Shown here one piece after another: positions 9,433 to 17,160 of a DNA stretch of 64,000 nt (the first letter of the stretch is position 1; each line of letters opens with the position of its first letter). This DNA is from Nitrospirota bacterium (GTDB lineage: Bacteria > JACPQY01). A program made the translations under genes and the position numbers. The DNA lies in assembly GCA_016180645.1 (NCBI GenBank), contig JACPAV010000012.1:1-64000 (forward strand), given 5' to 3'. The notes under the pieces were generated by a model. The model had not been told where the DNA came from and ran no database searches. It saw nothing but the letters and a program-made list of their open reading frames with translations.

Positions 9433-9445
9433 CGTCCAAGCCGGC

Positions 9446-10105
9446 CTACGAGGCGGGGTCGGGGGAGCGAAGGGGGAGGGAGAGGAGGAGGGCTTTGAAT
9501 TCCTGGTAGGCCCCCTCGGCGCGGTCCAGATCATCCGAGAGGAGGGAAACCAATGGGAGGCCGGTCAGCACGGCCATGATCAGGTCGGCGATGGCGGGGA
9601 CTTTCGCGTCCAGCTTTTCGTCCGTCATGGTCAGTACGGATCGGATTCCGTCCATGAGCATCTTTCGCCGTTCTTCGATCTGTTGCCGGAATTGGGGTTT
9701 CAGTCGTTCGTCCGTGAGGGATCTCGCCAGCTGATCCAGAAACATCGGGAAGAAAGGTCGGGCCTGTTTCATGAGGCTCCAAGTTTCGTCCAGTGCCCAT
9801 CCTGCGCGTGTGGGCGATGGCCCCAGCTTCGCGGCTGCCTCCTGGATTCGCTCTGAGACGGCTTGAAACAGATGAAGCTGCACCTGGAGGAAGAGGTCGT
9901 CCTTGGTTTTGAAGTGATAATGCACGAGCGTCCGCGATACACCCGCCTCACGGGCGATATCTTCAATGGATGTGGCCTGCGAGCCGCTCCTGTTGAAGCA
10001 GTTGAGGGCTGCCTGCATGATGGCTTGCGAAGATGCCGCAGACTGCTCGGTTCTGGTGGGGCGTCTCTTCGCATGATCGCTCAAATCGATCGTTCTATCT
10101 TCCAC
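9446..10105 (-). CDS. TetR/AcrR family transcriptional regulator
   Basis: TSIEDIAREAGVSRTLVHYHFKTKDDL HTH; divergent from the lipid operon. Confidence 0.93.
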   Translation of the reverse strand: MEDRTIDLSDHAKRRPTRTEQSAASSQAIMQAALNCFNRSGSQATSIEDIAREAGVSRTLVHYHFKTKDDLFLQVQLHLFQAVSERIQEAAAKLGPSPTRAGWALDETWSLMKQARPFFPMFLDQLARSLTDERLKPQFRQQIEERRKMLMDGIRSVLTMTDEKLDAKVPAIADLIMAVLTGLPLVSLLSDDLDRAEGAYQEFKALLLSLPLRSPDPAS

Positions 10106-10126
10106 TGCTAGTCACCTCCGATATCC

Positions 10127-10262
10127 TGACTATGCTGACAGTCAAATACATTTCTACAGTCGGCTGGTACCAAAGTCAAGCCTCCATCATCTCTCATAAC
10201 GTTAATGTACTTGACAAAACATCTGTAATTATTTATATGTCCACTGACTGACATGACAGTCA
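10127..10262. promoter_or_regulatory. Two TGACT-N8-AGTCA operator palindromes and a sigma70-like promoter
   Basis: Palindromes at 10127-10144 and 10245-10262; TTGACA(10211)-N17-TATATG between them. Confidence 0.7.
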
Positions 10263-10335
10263 ATATACGTATCATGATTCTAGCAGGGCAATCCGTAACG
10301 GGGTTTCAACCCCAAAAGTGGAGGAGGTACACAAG

Positions 10336-11193
10336 ATGAGATACGCTGTCTTAACCCCCGCAGACAATCCGACACGCTACCCCATCATGCCGCTCTACCA
10401 CCTCGAATCGAGGGAGGCGATGGAAATGCACCGACGGCTGTGTTGGGAACTCAGCGACGCCGAGTACTACATTGTCGTTTTCAACCCGGAGGATCGAAAG
10501 TTCGTTGAAAGTTGCGTGCCGCCTCCGCTCAAACCGGTCCCGAGAGCGCCGTTGGTGGCGATCTTTGTTCAGCAACTGACGCTCAACGGCGGGAAGGGGA
10601 ACGATTCGCTCAATCGCGGATACTTCGAACTGATCGTCTCCGCGATGGCCACGTACCGGGGCAAGCTGGGGACTTACGCCTTGGCGATCCTGATCGAATC
10701 GGACATCGGCGCGATGCTGGGCCGGGAGATGTTCGGCACCGCCAAGAAATGCGGTCAATTCGAATACCAGAAAAACGGGAAACGCTTTTCGTGGAAGGCG
10801 ATCCGGCGGGATATTACTTTGGCCGAGGTAGAAGGGGACTTGGTCGACGGCGAGGTCGATCCGGAAAACATCCGGCGGATCATGGAACAGCCCTCGTTTC
10901 ACATGCAGCAGACCATGGCCCCGTTCGGAGCGGAGCTGCCGTATGCCTGTGCCCCTCGACTCATGGAAATGCAACTCGGGGTGCGGAGGATTCACCGGAT
11001 CGCTGCCTGCGAGAATGTTCGATTCGGTTTTCACGAGTCGCCCTTTGATCCGATCTGCCTTTTCAAGCCCAGGGAGATTCTCGCCGCCACCTATGTGAAT
11101 GCCGACACCGGCATCAATACCGTCCGGGACCTGGAGCCTCTCGATCCGGTGGCGTCTCTCCCGTGGCTCTTCTCGAAATTTGATCCTTTCTAG
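10336..11193 (+). CDS. Acetoacetate decarboxylase family protein
   Basis: GREMFGTAKK matches the GRE.WG.PKK Schiff-base Lys motif; YFE; GGAGGAGG RBS. Confidence 0.8.
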   Translation: MRYAVLTPADNPTRYPIMPLYHLESREAMEMHRRLCWELSDAEYYIVVFNPEDRKFVESCVPPPLKPVPRAPLVAIFVQQLTLNGGKGNDSLNRGYFELIVSAMATYRGKLGTYALAILIESDIGAMLGREMFGTAKKCGQFEYQKNGKRFSWKAIRRDITLAEVEGDLVDGEVDPENIRRIMEQPSFHMQQTMAPFGAELPYACAPRLMEMQLGVRRIHRIAACENVRFGFHESPFDPICLFKPREILAATYVNADTGINTVRDLEPLDPVASLPWLFSKFDPF

Positions 11194-11230
11194 AGGTAGC
11201 AAACAGAGTGAATCCTTGGCGAGGACCACT

Positions 11231-11294
11231 CGCAGGCATGAAGCCTGCGCCTACCCGGAAATGCACTCACGGTAACCGCGGGCTTCAGCCCGCG
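11231..11294. repeat. GTAG-type REP doublet
   Basis: cgcaggc-atgaa-gcctgcg-cctac and gtaac-cgcgggc-ttca-gcccgcg; homologous to 32136-32200. Confidence 0.85.
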
Positions 11295-11326
11295 TCATCA
11301 GGCCGGCGACGCTGAAGGAGGTCCAG

Positions 11327-12556
11327 ATGGTTGATTTCAAACTGACCGATCAACAGAGGGCGCTCGTGGCCCAGGCCCACGAGTTTGCGCGTGACGTGCT
11401 CCGACCGGCGGAGGTCGAACTCGACAAGATCGCCGATCCACAGGCCGTGTTCACGAGCGATCGGTTCCGGTCCGTCATGCGCGAAGCGTTCCGCCTCGGC
11501 TACCACAAGATGTCGTTTCCCACGCACATTGGCGGTCTTGGACTCGACCAGGTGACGGCCGGCCTGATCCAGGAGGAACTCTTGTGGGGAGCGGCCGGGT
11601 TGGGCCAGAGCCTGTTCGTGGCCAACTTCGTTCCGTTCACGGCGTTCCTTAGCGGTAAACCCTCGCTGGTGAAAGAGTTTGCCGAGCCGTACTGCGATGA
11701 CGCGCAGATGCACTTCAGCGCCCTCGTGGCGGTGGAACCGCACATGGGATCGGATCTTCTCTATCAGTGCGGGCAGACCAGCCGATTCCGAACCACGGCA
11801 AGAAAGGTCGGGGATGACTACATCCTCAATGGCTCGAAGGCGGCGTTCGTCTCGAACGGCACGCTCGCGAGCATGTTGGGCGTGACGGTGTCCATGGATC
11901 CCGACCTTGGCATCCACGGAACCGGGCTTTTCATCATCCCCGGAGATCTTCCCGGCATCAGCCGCGGCCGGCCCCTCGACAAGCTTGGCCTGCGCTGCCT
12001 CAACCAATCGGAGGTCTACTTCGAGGATGTGAAGGTTCACAAGCGGTACCTCGCGATCAGGCCGCGGGAAGGAAATTGGAGCAATTTCGTGAAGAGCTTC
12101 CTCTGCTTCGGGCAGGTGGGCGTGGGGAAGACGGCCCTGGCCCTCATGAGATCGGCGTACGAGATCGCCTTTGCGTACGCATCCGAGCGCATCCAGGGCG
12201 GCAGGCCGATCATCGAGCACCCCAACATCGCGCTGAAGTTGTTCGATGCGTTCTGCACCATCGAGGCGGCGCGCAACCTGCTCCTCCAGGCGAGCTGGTT
12301 CAACGCCACGCGATTTCCCAGCGATCTCACCCACGGCGTGGCCGCCCGCTGCTTTGCCTGCAACAATGGCCCCCGGGTGATCTCGGACATGATCCAGGTC
12401 CTGGGGGCCTACGGCATCTCAAAAGAAAGCCCGATCGAGAAGTTCTATCGGGACATCAAGCTGACCCAGATCGAAGACGGCGCGGTGGACACGGTGGGTC
12501 TGGAGGCCATGCAGATCCTTCAGGAACAGTCCGCGGTCCAAAGCTTTGCCGCGTAA
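11327..12556 (+). CDS. Acyl-CoA dehydrogenase family protein
   Basis: VEPHMGSD, NGSKAAFVSNG, KLGLR, RIQGGRPI, QVLGAYG, EKFYRD. Confidence 0.92.
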   Translation: MVDFKLTDQQRALVAQAHEFARDVLRPAEVELDKIADPQAVFTSDRFRSVMREAFRLGYHKMSFPTHIGGLGLDQVTAGLIQEELLWGAAGLGQSLFVANFVPFTAFLSGKPSLVKEFAEPYCDDAQMHFSALVAVEPHMGSDLLYQCGQTSRFRTTARKVGDDYILNGSKAAFVSNGTLASMLGVTVSMDPDLGIHGTGLFIIPGDLPGISRGRPLDKLGLRCLNQSEVYFEDVKVHKRYLAIRPREGNWSNFVKSFLCFGQVGVGKTALALMRSAYEIAFAYASERIQGGRPIIEHPNIALKLFDAFCTIEAARNLLLQASWFNATRFPSDLTHGVAARCFACNNGPRVISDMIQVLGAYGISKESPIEKFYRDIKLTQIEDGAVDTVGLEAMQILQEQSAVQSFAA

Positions 12557-12566
12557 GGAGGAAAAA

Positions 12567-13202
12567 ATGAACGGAAACCACAAGATCAACGTGCCGAAAG
12601 ACATCACGCCGCTGGAGTTTTTCACCCGTTTCGTACCGGAGAACTTTCATCGGCGGGTGAAGGACTGCGACATGACGGAGTATCGGCCGCTCAACCTCAC
12701 CCTCCAATTCCGGATCACGGATATACCCGATGGGGAATTTGGAGTGAAGGTGATAGAGGGGACGAGAATCGAAGCCTTCCACGGGAAGATGCCGAACCCC
12801 CAAATCACATATGAATTTCCCTTGGGCCATTTCCGCGAGGCGGTCGAAGGAAAATTGCCTTGGGTTCCCTTGGAGATGGCCTACAACCCCGAGGCGCTCA
12901 GAAAAGGTCTCACGTCTGGCCAAGTGAGAGAGCAGATGGAATTGATCGGCGGCGTGAAGGGTCAGGCCGTGGTAAGTGTGAAACGGGAGGATGACCGGGT
13001 CGTGGACGTCAAGATGAATTTTCACGGGGCCGACGAACCCGCGATCGTCTTCAACGTAACCCACAAGGTTGTGGAGGGCATTGAGAAGAACGAATACACG
13101 GTCATGGAGGCGTTCATGGCCGGGAAGATCAAGCTGGCCGGTCCGCTCGAATTCGCCATGCACGTGATGGCCCTCATTCCGGAGCGCGAGGAGCAGGAGT
13201 AG
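12567..13202 (+). CDS. SCP2 sterol/lipid-binding domain protein (probably two SCP2-like domains)
   Basis: C-terminal MEAFMAGKIKLAG SCP2 signature; N-terminal half has similar strand pattern; AAGGAGG RBS. Confidence 0.75.
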   Translation: MNGNHKINVPKDITPLEFFTRFVPENFHRRVKDCDMTEYRPLNLTLQFRITDIPDGEFGVKVIEGTRIEAFHGKMPNPQITYEFPLGHFREAVEGKLPWVPLEMAYNPEALRKGLTSGQVREQMELIGGVKGQAVVSVKREDDRVVDVKMNFHGADEPAIVFNVTHKVVEGIEKNEYTVMEAFMAGKIKLAGPLEFAMHVMALIPEREEQE

Positions 13203-13208
13203 CCCGGC

Positions 13209-14579
13209 TTGCAGCCCGGCAGGCTACAACTCCTGCTGCGAGTCGGCAGGCTGGCGCGGGTCCTCGCATCGGTGCTGGCCCGGTTCGCTTGGCGAAGCGT
13301 GGCTCACCTAGCCCGCAGGCCGTGGGTGGGATCCTCCGAATACGCGGACGAAACCTGGCGACTCCGCGGGTGGGCGCTTCGGACGCTCTGCCAGGAGATG
13401 GGCGCGACCTTCATCAAGCTCGGCCAGATCCTCTCGACGCGCCGGGATCTGATGCCGCCCTCCGCCCTCTCGGAACTCGAGAAATTGCAAGATGACATTC
13501 CCGGAGTGGACGGCTCCCTTGTCCGCTCGATTTTTCAGGCCGATTTCGGAAAGCCCGTGGAGGCCGTCTTTCGTACGTTCGAACACCAAGCGGACGCGAG
13601 CGCCTCCGTCGCCCAGGTCCATCACGGCATCCTGGGAGACGGCACCGAGGTGGCCGTGAAGTTTGTCAAGCCGGGCGTACACGAGCTGATGGAAATGGAC
13701 ACGCGATTGCTGGTCGTCTTCGCCGGAATCCTTTCACGAATTCCCTTCCGCTCGTTCCCATCCCTTCCCGGCCTCGCGGAAACTTTTTGCGAGATGCTCA
13801 GAAAGCAAACCGATCTGACGATCGAGGCGGAGAACAATCGGCGTTTCCAGACCCAGTTCCGCGAGGATCGGGAAATCATCCGCTTTCCCAGATTGGTTGA
13901 TGAATTCTGTTCCCGGAACGTTCTGACGATGGAATACATCCGAGGCGTCAAGCCGACGCGGCTGACCAACGGCGGACATGATCGGAAGAAGCTCGCGCTG
14001 AATCTGCTGCTTCTGTACTACAAGATGCTGATGCACGGTTACGTCCACGCGGACATGCATCCGGGGAACATCTGGGTGTCGGCCGAGGGATTCTACTGGG
14101 TTTTTGACCTGGGATTGGTCGCCCAAATGGACTGGGAGAAACGGCGAGCCTTCTTTGAAACGTGGGCCTCGCTATTCATGGGAGACGGACGGCCCCTGGC
14201 GCACTTGATCACCCAGATGTCCTTGTCCCATGATGTGCGGGACATGGCTGCGTTGGAGGGAGACACGACGGCCTTTCTGAGAAAGAGGAAACTGGATCGG
14301 ATCGTGGAACTCGATTTCGGCGCCATCATCATGGAGTTCGGGGACATCCAGCGGAAATACGCGATGGTGGCTTCCCCCGAACTCTCGGGGATCGGTGTTT
14401 CGCTCTTCGCGTTGGAAGGTTTGGCGCGCTATTTGGATCCTGATCTCAACATCGGGAAGTCGCTTGCTCCGCACCTCAAAAAGTTGCTGCGCAGGCTCTA
14501 CTTGATGGACCCGAATCGCAAGCCGCCATTATTGCAGCTCCATCACACACGGGAGCCGGCAGGACTAGAAGCCACATGA
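13209..14579 (+). CDS. ABC1/AarF/UbiB family atypical kinase
   Basis: GATFIKLGQILSTRRDL, SASVAQVH, VAVK, HADMHPGN, FDLGL. Confidence 0.93.
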   Translation: MQPGRLQLLLRVGRLARVLASVLARFAWRSVAHLARRPWVGSSEYADETWRLRGWALRTLCQEMGATFIKLGQILSTRRDLMPPSALSELEKLQDDIPGVDGSLVRSIFQADFGKPVEAVFRTFEHQADASASVAQVHHGILGDGTEVAVKFVKPGVHELMEMDTRLLVVFAGILSRIPFRSFPSLPGLAETFCEMLRKQTDLTIEAENNRRFQTQFREDREIIRFPRLVDEFCSRNVLTMEYIRGVKPTRLTNGGHDRKKLALNLLLLYYKMLMHGYVHADMHPGNIWVSAEGFYWVFDLGLVAQMDWEKRRAFFETWASLFMGDGRPLAHLITQMSLSHDVRDMAALEGDTTAFLRKRKLDRIVELDFGAIIMEFGDIQRKYAMVASPELSGIGVSLFALEGLARYLDPDLNIGKSLAPHLKKLLRRLYLMDPNRKPPLLQLHHTREPAGLEAT

Positions 14580-15403
14580 AGGACCTTCGCGACGCCGTGG
14601 CGCTTGTCACCGGGGCGGGGAGTGGAATCGGGAGGGCGACGGCTGTCGAACTGGCCCGGCAGGGATGCCGCGTGGCGCTGAACGATCTGCGAGCGGAATC
14701 GCTCGGTCACGTCGAGGAGGAGATCCGGGCGCTTTCCCTCGGTCGAAACCCTCTGGCCGTTTCCGCGGACGTTTCGGACCGCAGCGCGGCCGACGAAATG
14801 TGCGAGAAAGTGATGAGGGAAGGCGGACGCGTGGACATCCTGGTCAACAACGCCGGCGTGGGTCTGGTGGGCCGCATGGAGGAAACCTCGATAGAGGACT
14901 GGGAGTGGATCATGGGAATCAACTTGTGGGCGCATATCCACACCGTTCGCAAGTTGTTGCCGCCCATGCTCGAAAGGGGGAGTGGACACTTGGTCCATGT
15001 CTCCTCCGGTGCGGGGCTCGTGGCCGCGGGACCCTTGCTTGCCTATGCCGTGACCAAATTTGCGGTGGTGGGACTCGCCGAAGCGTTGGCCGCGCAGGTG
15101 CGCTCAGCGGGGATCGGGGTGACTGTGGTGTGCCCGTACGCGGTGAAAACCTCGATCATCGACTCGCTCCATTCGGCAAGGCCCTCATCAAAGGAAATCG
15201 ACGATTTTGCCCACCGCGCGGTGGAGAACGGAATCCCACCGGAAGAGGTCGCCCGCAAGATTGTGCGCGCCATCCGCCGGAACCGCTTCATGGTGTATAC
15301 GCACCCGTGGTTTCGATTCGCCGTATGGACCAAAGCCCTATGGCCTCAGTTATCGATTCGAATCAATGCCCGCCTGACCGACCGCCTGTATCCCCGGCGA
15401 TAG
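14576..15403 (+). CDS. Short-chain dehydrogenase/reductase
   Basis: TGAGSGIG, NNAG, YAVTK. Confidence 0.93.
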   Translation: MKDLRDAVALVTGAGSGIGRATAVELARQGCRVALNDLRAESLGHVEEEIRALSLGRNPLAVSADVSDRSAADEMCEKVMREGGRVDILVNNAGVGLVGRMEETSIEDWEWIMGINLWAHIHTVRKLLPPMLERGSGHLVHVSSGAGLVAAGPLLAYAVTKFAVVGLAEALAAQVRSAGIGVTVVCPYAVKTSIIDSLHSARPSSKEIDDFAHRAVENGIPPEEVARKIVRAIRRNRFMVYTHPWFRFAVWTKALWPQLSIRINARLTDRLYPRR

Positions 15404-15413
15404 CGCGCGCGCC

Positions 15414-15630
15414 AGCGGGCGAAGGGATTCAGCGCATATCAGTCCTGATATTCCGCTCAATCCCAGTGAAGTCGGCCGCCCTAGCCTCCATGCAAACTGC
15501 CCGCTCCTGCTGCGAGGACTTGCATGAGCGGGCGAAGGGATTTCACGATGGTCGTCCTGACGCTCCGTGCAATCCGAAGGTTGTCAGGCTCCTGCCCTCC
15601 ATGTGGATTGCCGCTCTCCGCTACGCGGAT
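15414..15630 (-). repeat. tRNA-linked tandem repeats, each ending in the tRNA-Gly 3' end
   Basis: agcgggcgaagggatt at 15414, 15527 and 15631 (the tRNA itself); the two spacers align with each other. Confidence 0.8.
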
Positions 15631-15702
15631 AGCGGGCGAAGGGATTTGAACCCTCGACCCTCGCCTTGGCAAGGCGATGCTCTACCACTGAGCTACACCC
15701 GC
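15631..15702 (-). tRNA. tRNA-Gly(GCC), CCA not encoded
   Basis: GCGGGTGTAGCTCAGTGGTAGAGCATCGCCTTGCCAAGGCGAGGGTCGAGGGTTCAAATCCCTTCGCCCGCT folds as a cloverleaf; TTGACA upstream at 15741-15736. Confidence 0.97.
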
Positions 15703-15938
15703 AATTTGCCTAAGATGCCACTCCCCACGGTCGACTGTCAACGCGCGTTCGCCCTGTGCAGCCCGCACCGCTCAGTGACGGCGAGTGGAAGGGGCATGAG
15801 GATTGAGCGCAGCCACTGAGCTACACCCGCATCGTGAGCTGTCAGCCATCAGCTATCAGCCGACAGCAATCAGCCTTGAATGTATGTTTTTTCCGGCGGG
15901 TCGTCAACGAGGAAGGATTAAGGTAAAGTCACCTCTCG

Positions 15939-17015
15939 ATGGTCCAAGACGCCAAGCTCATGATCTACGGCGCCTACGGGTACACGGGCGATCTCATCGC
16001 GAGGCACGCGTGCAGTGTAGGACTGAAGCCTACACTCGCCGGCAGGGATGACACGAAGCTGCGGTCTCTTGCGAAAGAGCTAGATGTTCCATGGGTCGCC
16101 TTCGGATTAGAGGACGCCGGCCGGGTGGCGGAATCGTTGAAGGGGATCAGGGTTGTGATTCACGCTGCGGGTCCGTTCTCGCATACGGCCGGGCCGATGG
16201 CGGGCGGCTGCATCCGCGCGGGCGCACATTACTTGGACATTACGGGGGAGATCGAGGTGTTTGAATCACTGGCCCGGGACGACGCGGAGGCGAAGAAGGC
16301 CGGTGTGATGCTGATGCCCGGGGTCGGGTTCGACGTGGTGCCTTCCGATTGCCTCGCGCGGCATTTGAAAAACCGTCTCCCGACCGCAACCCACCTGACT
16401 CTCGCCTTCCAAGGGCTCAGCGGAGGATTTTCGCGCGGCACGGCGACGACCATGGCGGAAAACATCCATCGCGGAGGAGCGATCAGAAAGGACTCGAAGG
16501 TGACGCCTGTTCCTGCGGGCTGGAAAACGAAGAAGGTGGATTTCGGTCGTGGCCGTTCGATCACGTGCGTGAGCATTCCGTGGGGCGATGTTTCAACGGC
16601 ATTCCACAGCACGGGAATACCGAACATCGAAGTGTATGCTGCGTTCCCAGCGGGGATGCGATGGGGCATGGTTCTATCGCGACCGATTGCGGGACTGCTC
16701 GGTTCGGCTCCCGTGCAGAAATTTCTGAAAGGCCAAATTCGAAAACGTCCATCTGGTCCGTCGGCCCGGGCCCGTGAGGAGGGGATCAGCCGGCTGTGGG
16801 GAGAAGCTGTGGATGCCAAGTCCGGCCGCAGGATTTCCGCACGGATGCAGACACGGGAAGGGTACTTGTTGACGGCTCTGACGGCGGTTCGCATCGCGCA
16901 GAAGGTGCTTGCAGGGAAAGCGCCGGTGGGATTTCAGACGCCCGCGAAGGCGTATGGAGCGGACTTGATTCTGGAGATCGAAGGCTCCGTTCGGACCGAT
17001 GTTGGCAGCGAATGA
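15939..17015 (+). CDS. Saccharopine dehydrogenase-like oxidoreductase
   Basis: YGAYGYTG, AGPF, YLDITGE, GFDVVPSD, WGDVSTA, GFQTPA. Confidence 0.9.
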   Translation: MVQDAKLMIYGAYGYTGDLIARHACSVGLKPTLAGRDDTKLRSLAKELDVPWVAFGLEDAGRVAESLKGIRVVIHAAGPFSHTAGPMAGGCIRAGAHYLDITGEIEVFESLARDDAEAKKAGVMLMPGVGFDVVPSDCLARHLKNRLPTATHLTLAFQGLSGGFSRGTATTMAENIHRGGAIRKDSKVTPVPAGWKTKKVDFGRGRSITCVSIPWGDVSTAFHSTGIPNIEVYAAFPAGMRWGMVLSRPIAGLLGSAPVQKFLKGQIRKRPSGPSARAREEGISRLWGEAVDAKSGRRISARMQTREGYLLTALTAVRIAQKVLAGKAPVGFQTPAKAYGADLILEIEGSVRTDVGSE

Positions 17016-17023
17016 CGGACGGA

Positions 17024-17046
17024 CGCGGCCTGAAGGCCACGGCTAC
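17024..17046 (-). repeat. Single GTAG-type REP
   Basis: cgcggcc-tgaa-ggccacg-gctac just after the stop codon. Confidence 0.65.
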
Positions 17047-17160
17047 CGACAGACGGTCGTAACGGGCCTGCGGCTTGCGGACACACATTGCAGTTGGGGC
17101 GGGCCGGTCGTATGATGACACCGCAAGTCGCGGAATAGGCTGAGTCAAAGGGGAGGTGGT

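Noticed and set aside
6560-9440. Classical integron array or Tn3-family transposon
   Set aside because: No intI or attC-type structure; GGGGTC motifs do not form a 38-bp Tn3-like pair and no transposase or resolvase is present
15414-15647. CRISPR-like reading of the three 16-17-bp repeats
   Set aside because: Repeats are the tRNA 3' end, spacers are ~90 bp and homologous, and no cas genes are present
15414-15702. Prophage or genomic island integrated at tRNA-Gly
   Set aside because: No integrase; att-like copies are only ~100 bp apart; I noticed no distant copy in the window
14665-15819. 384-aa ORF spanning the SDR gene and tRNA
   Set aside because: Alternate frame of the SDR running antisense through the tRNA; no protein signal
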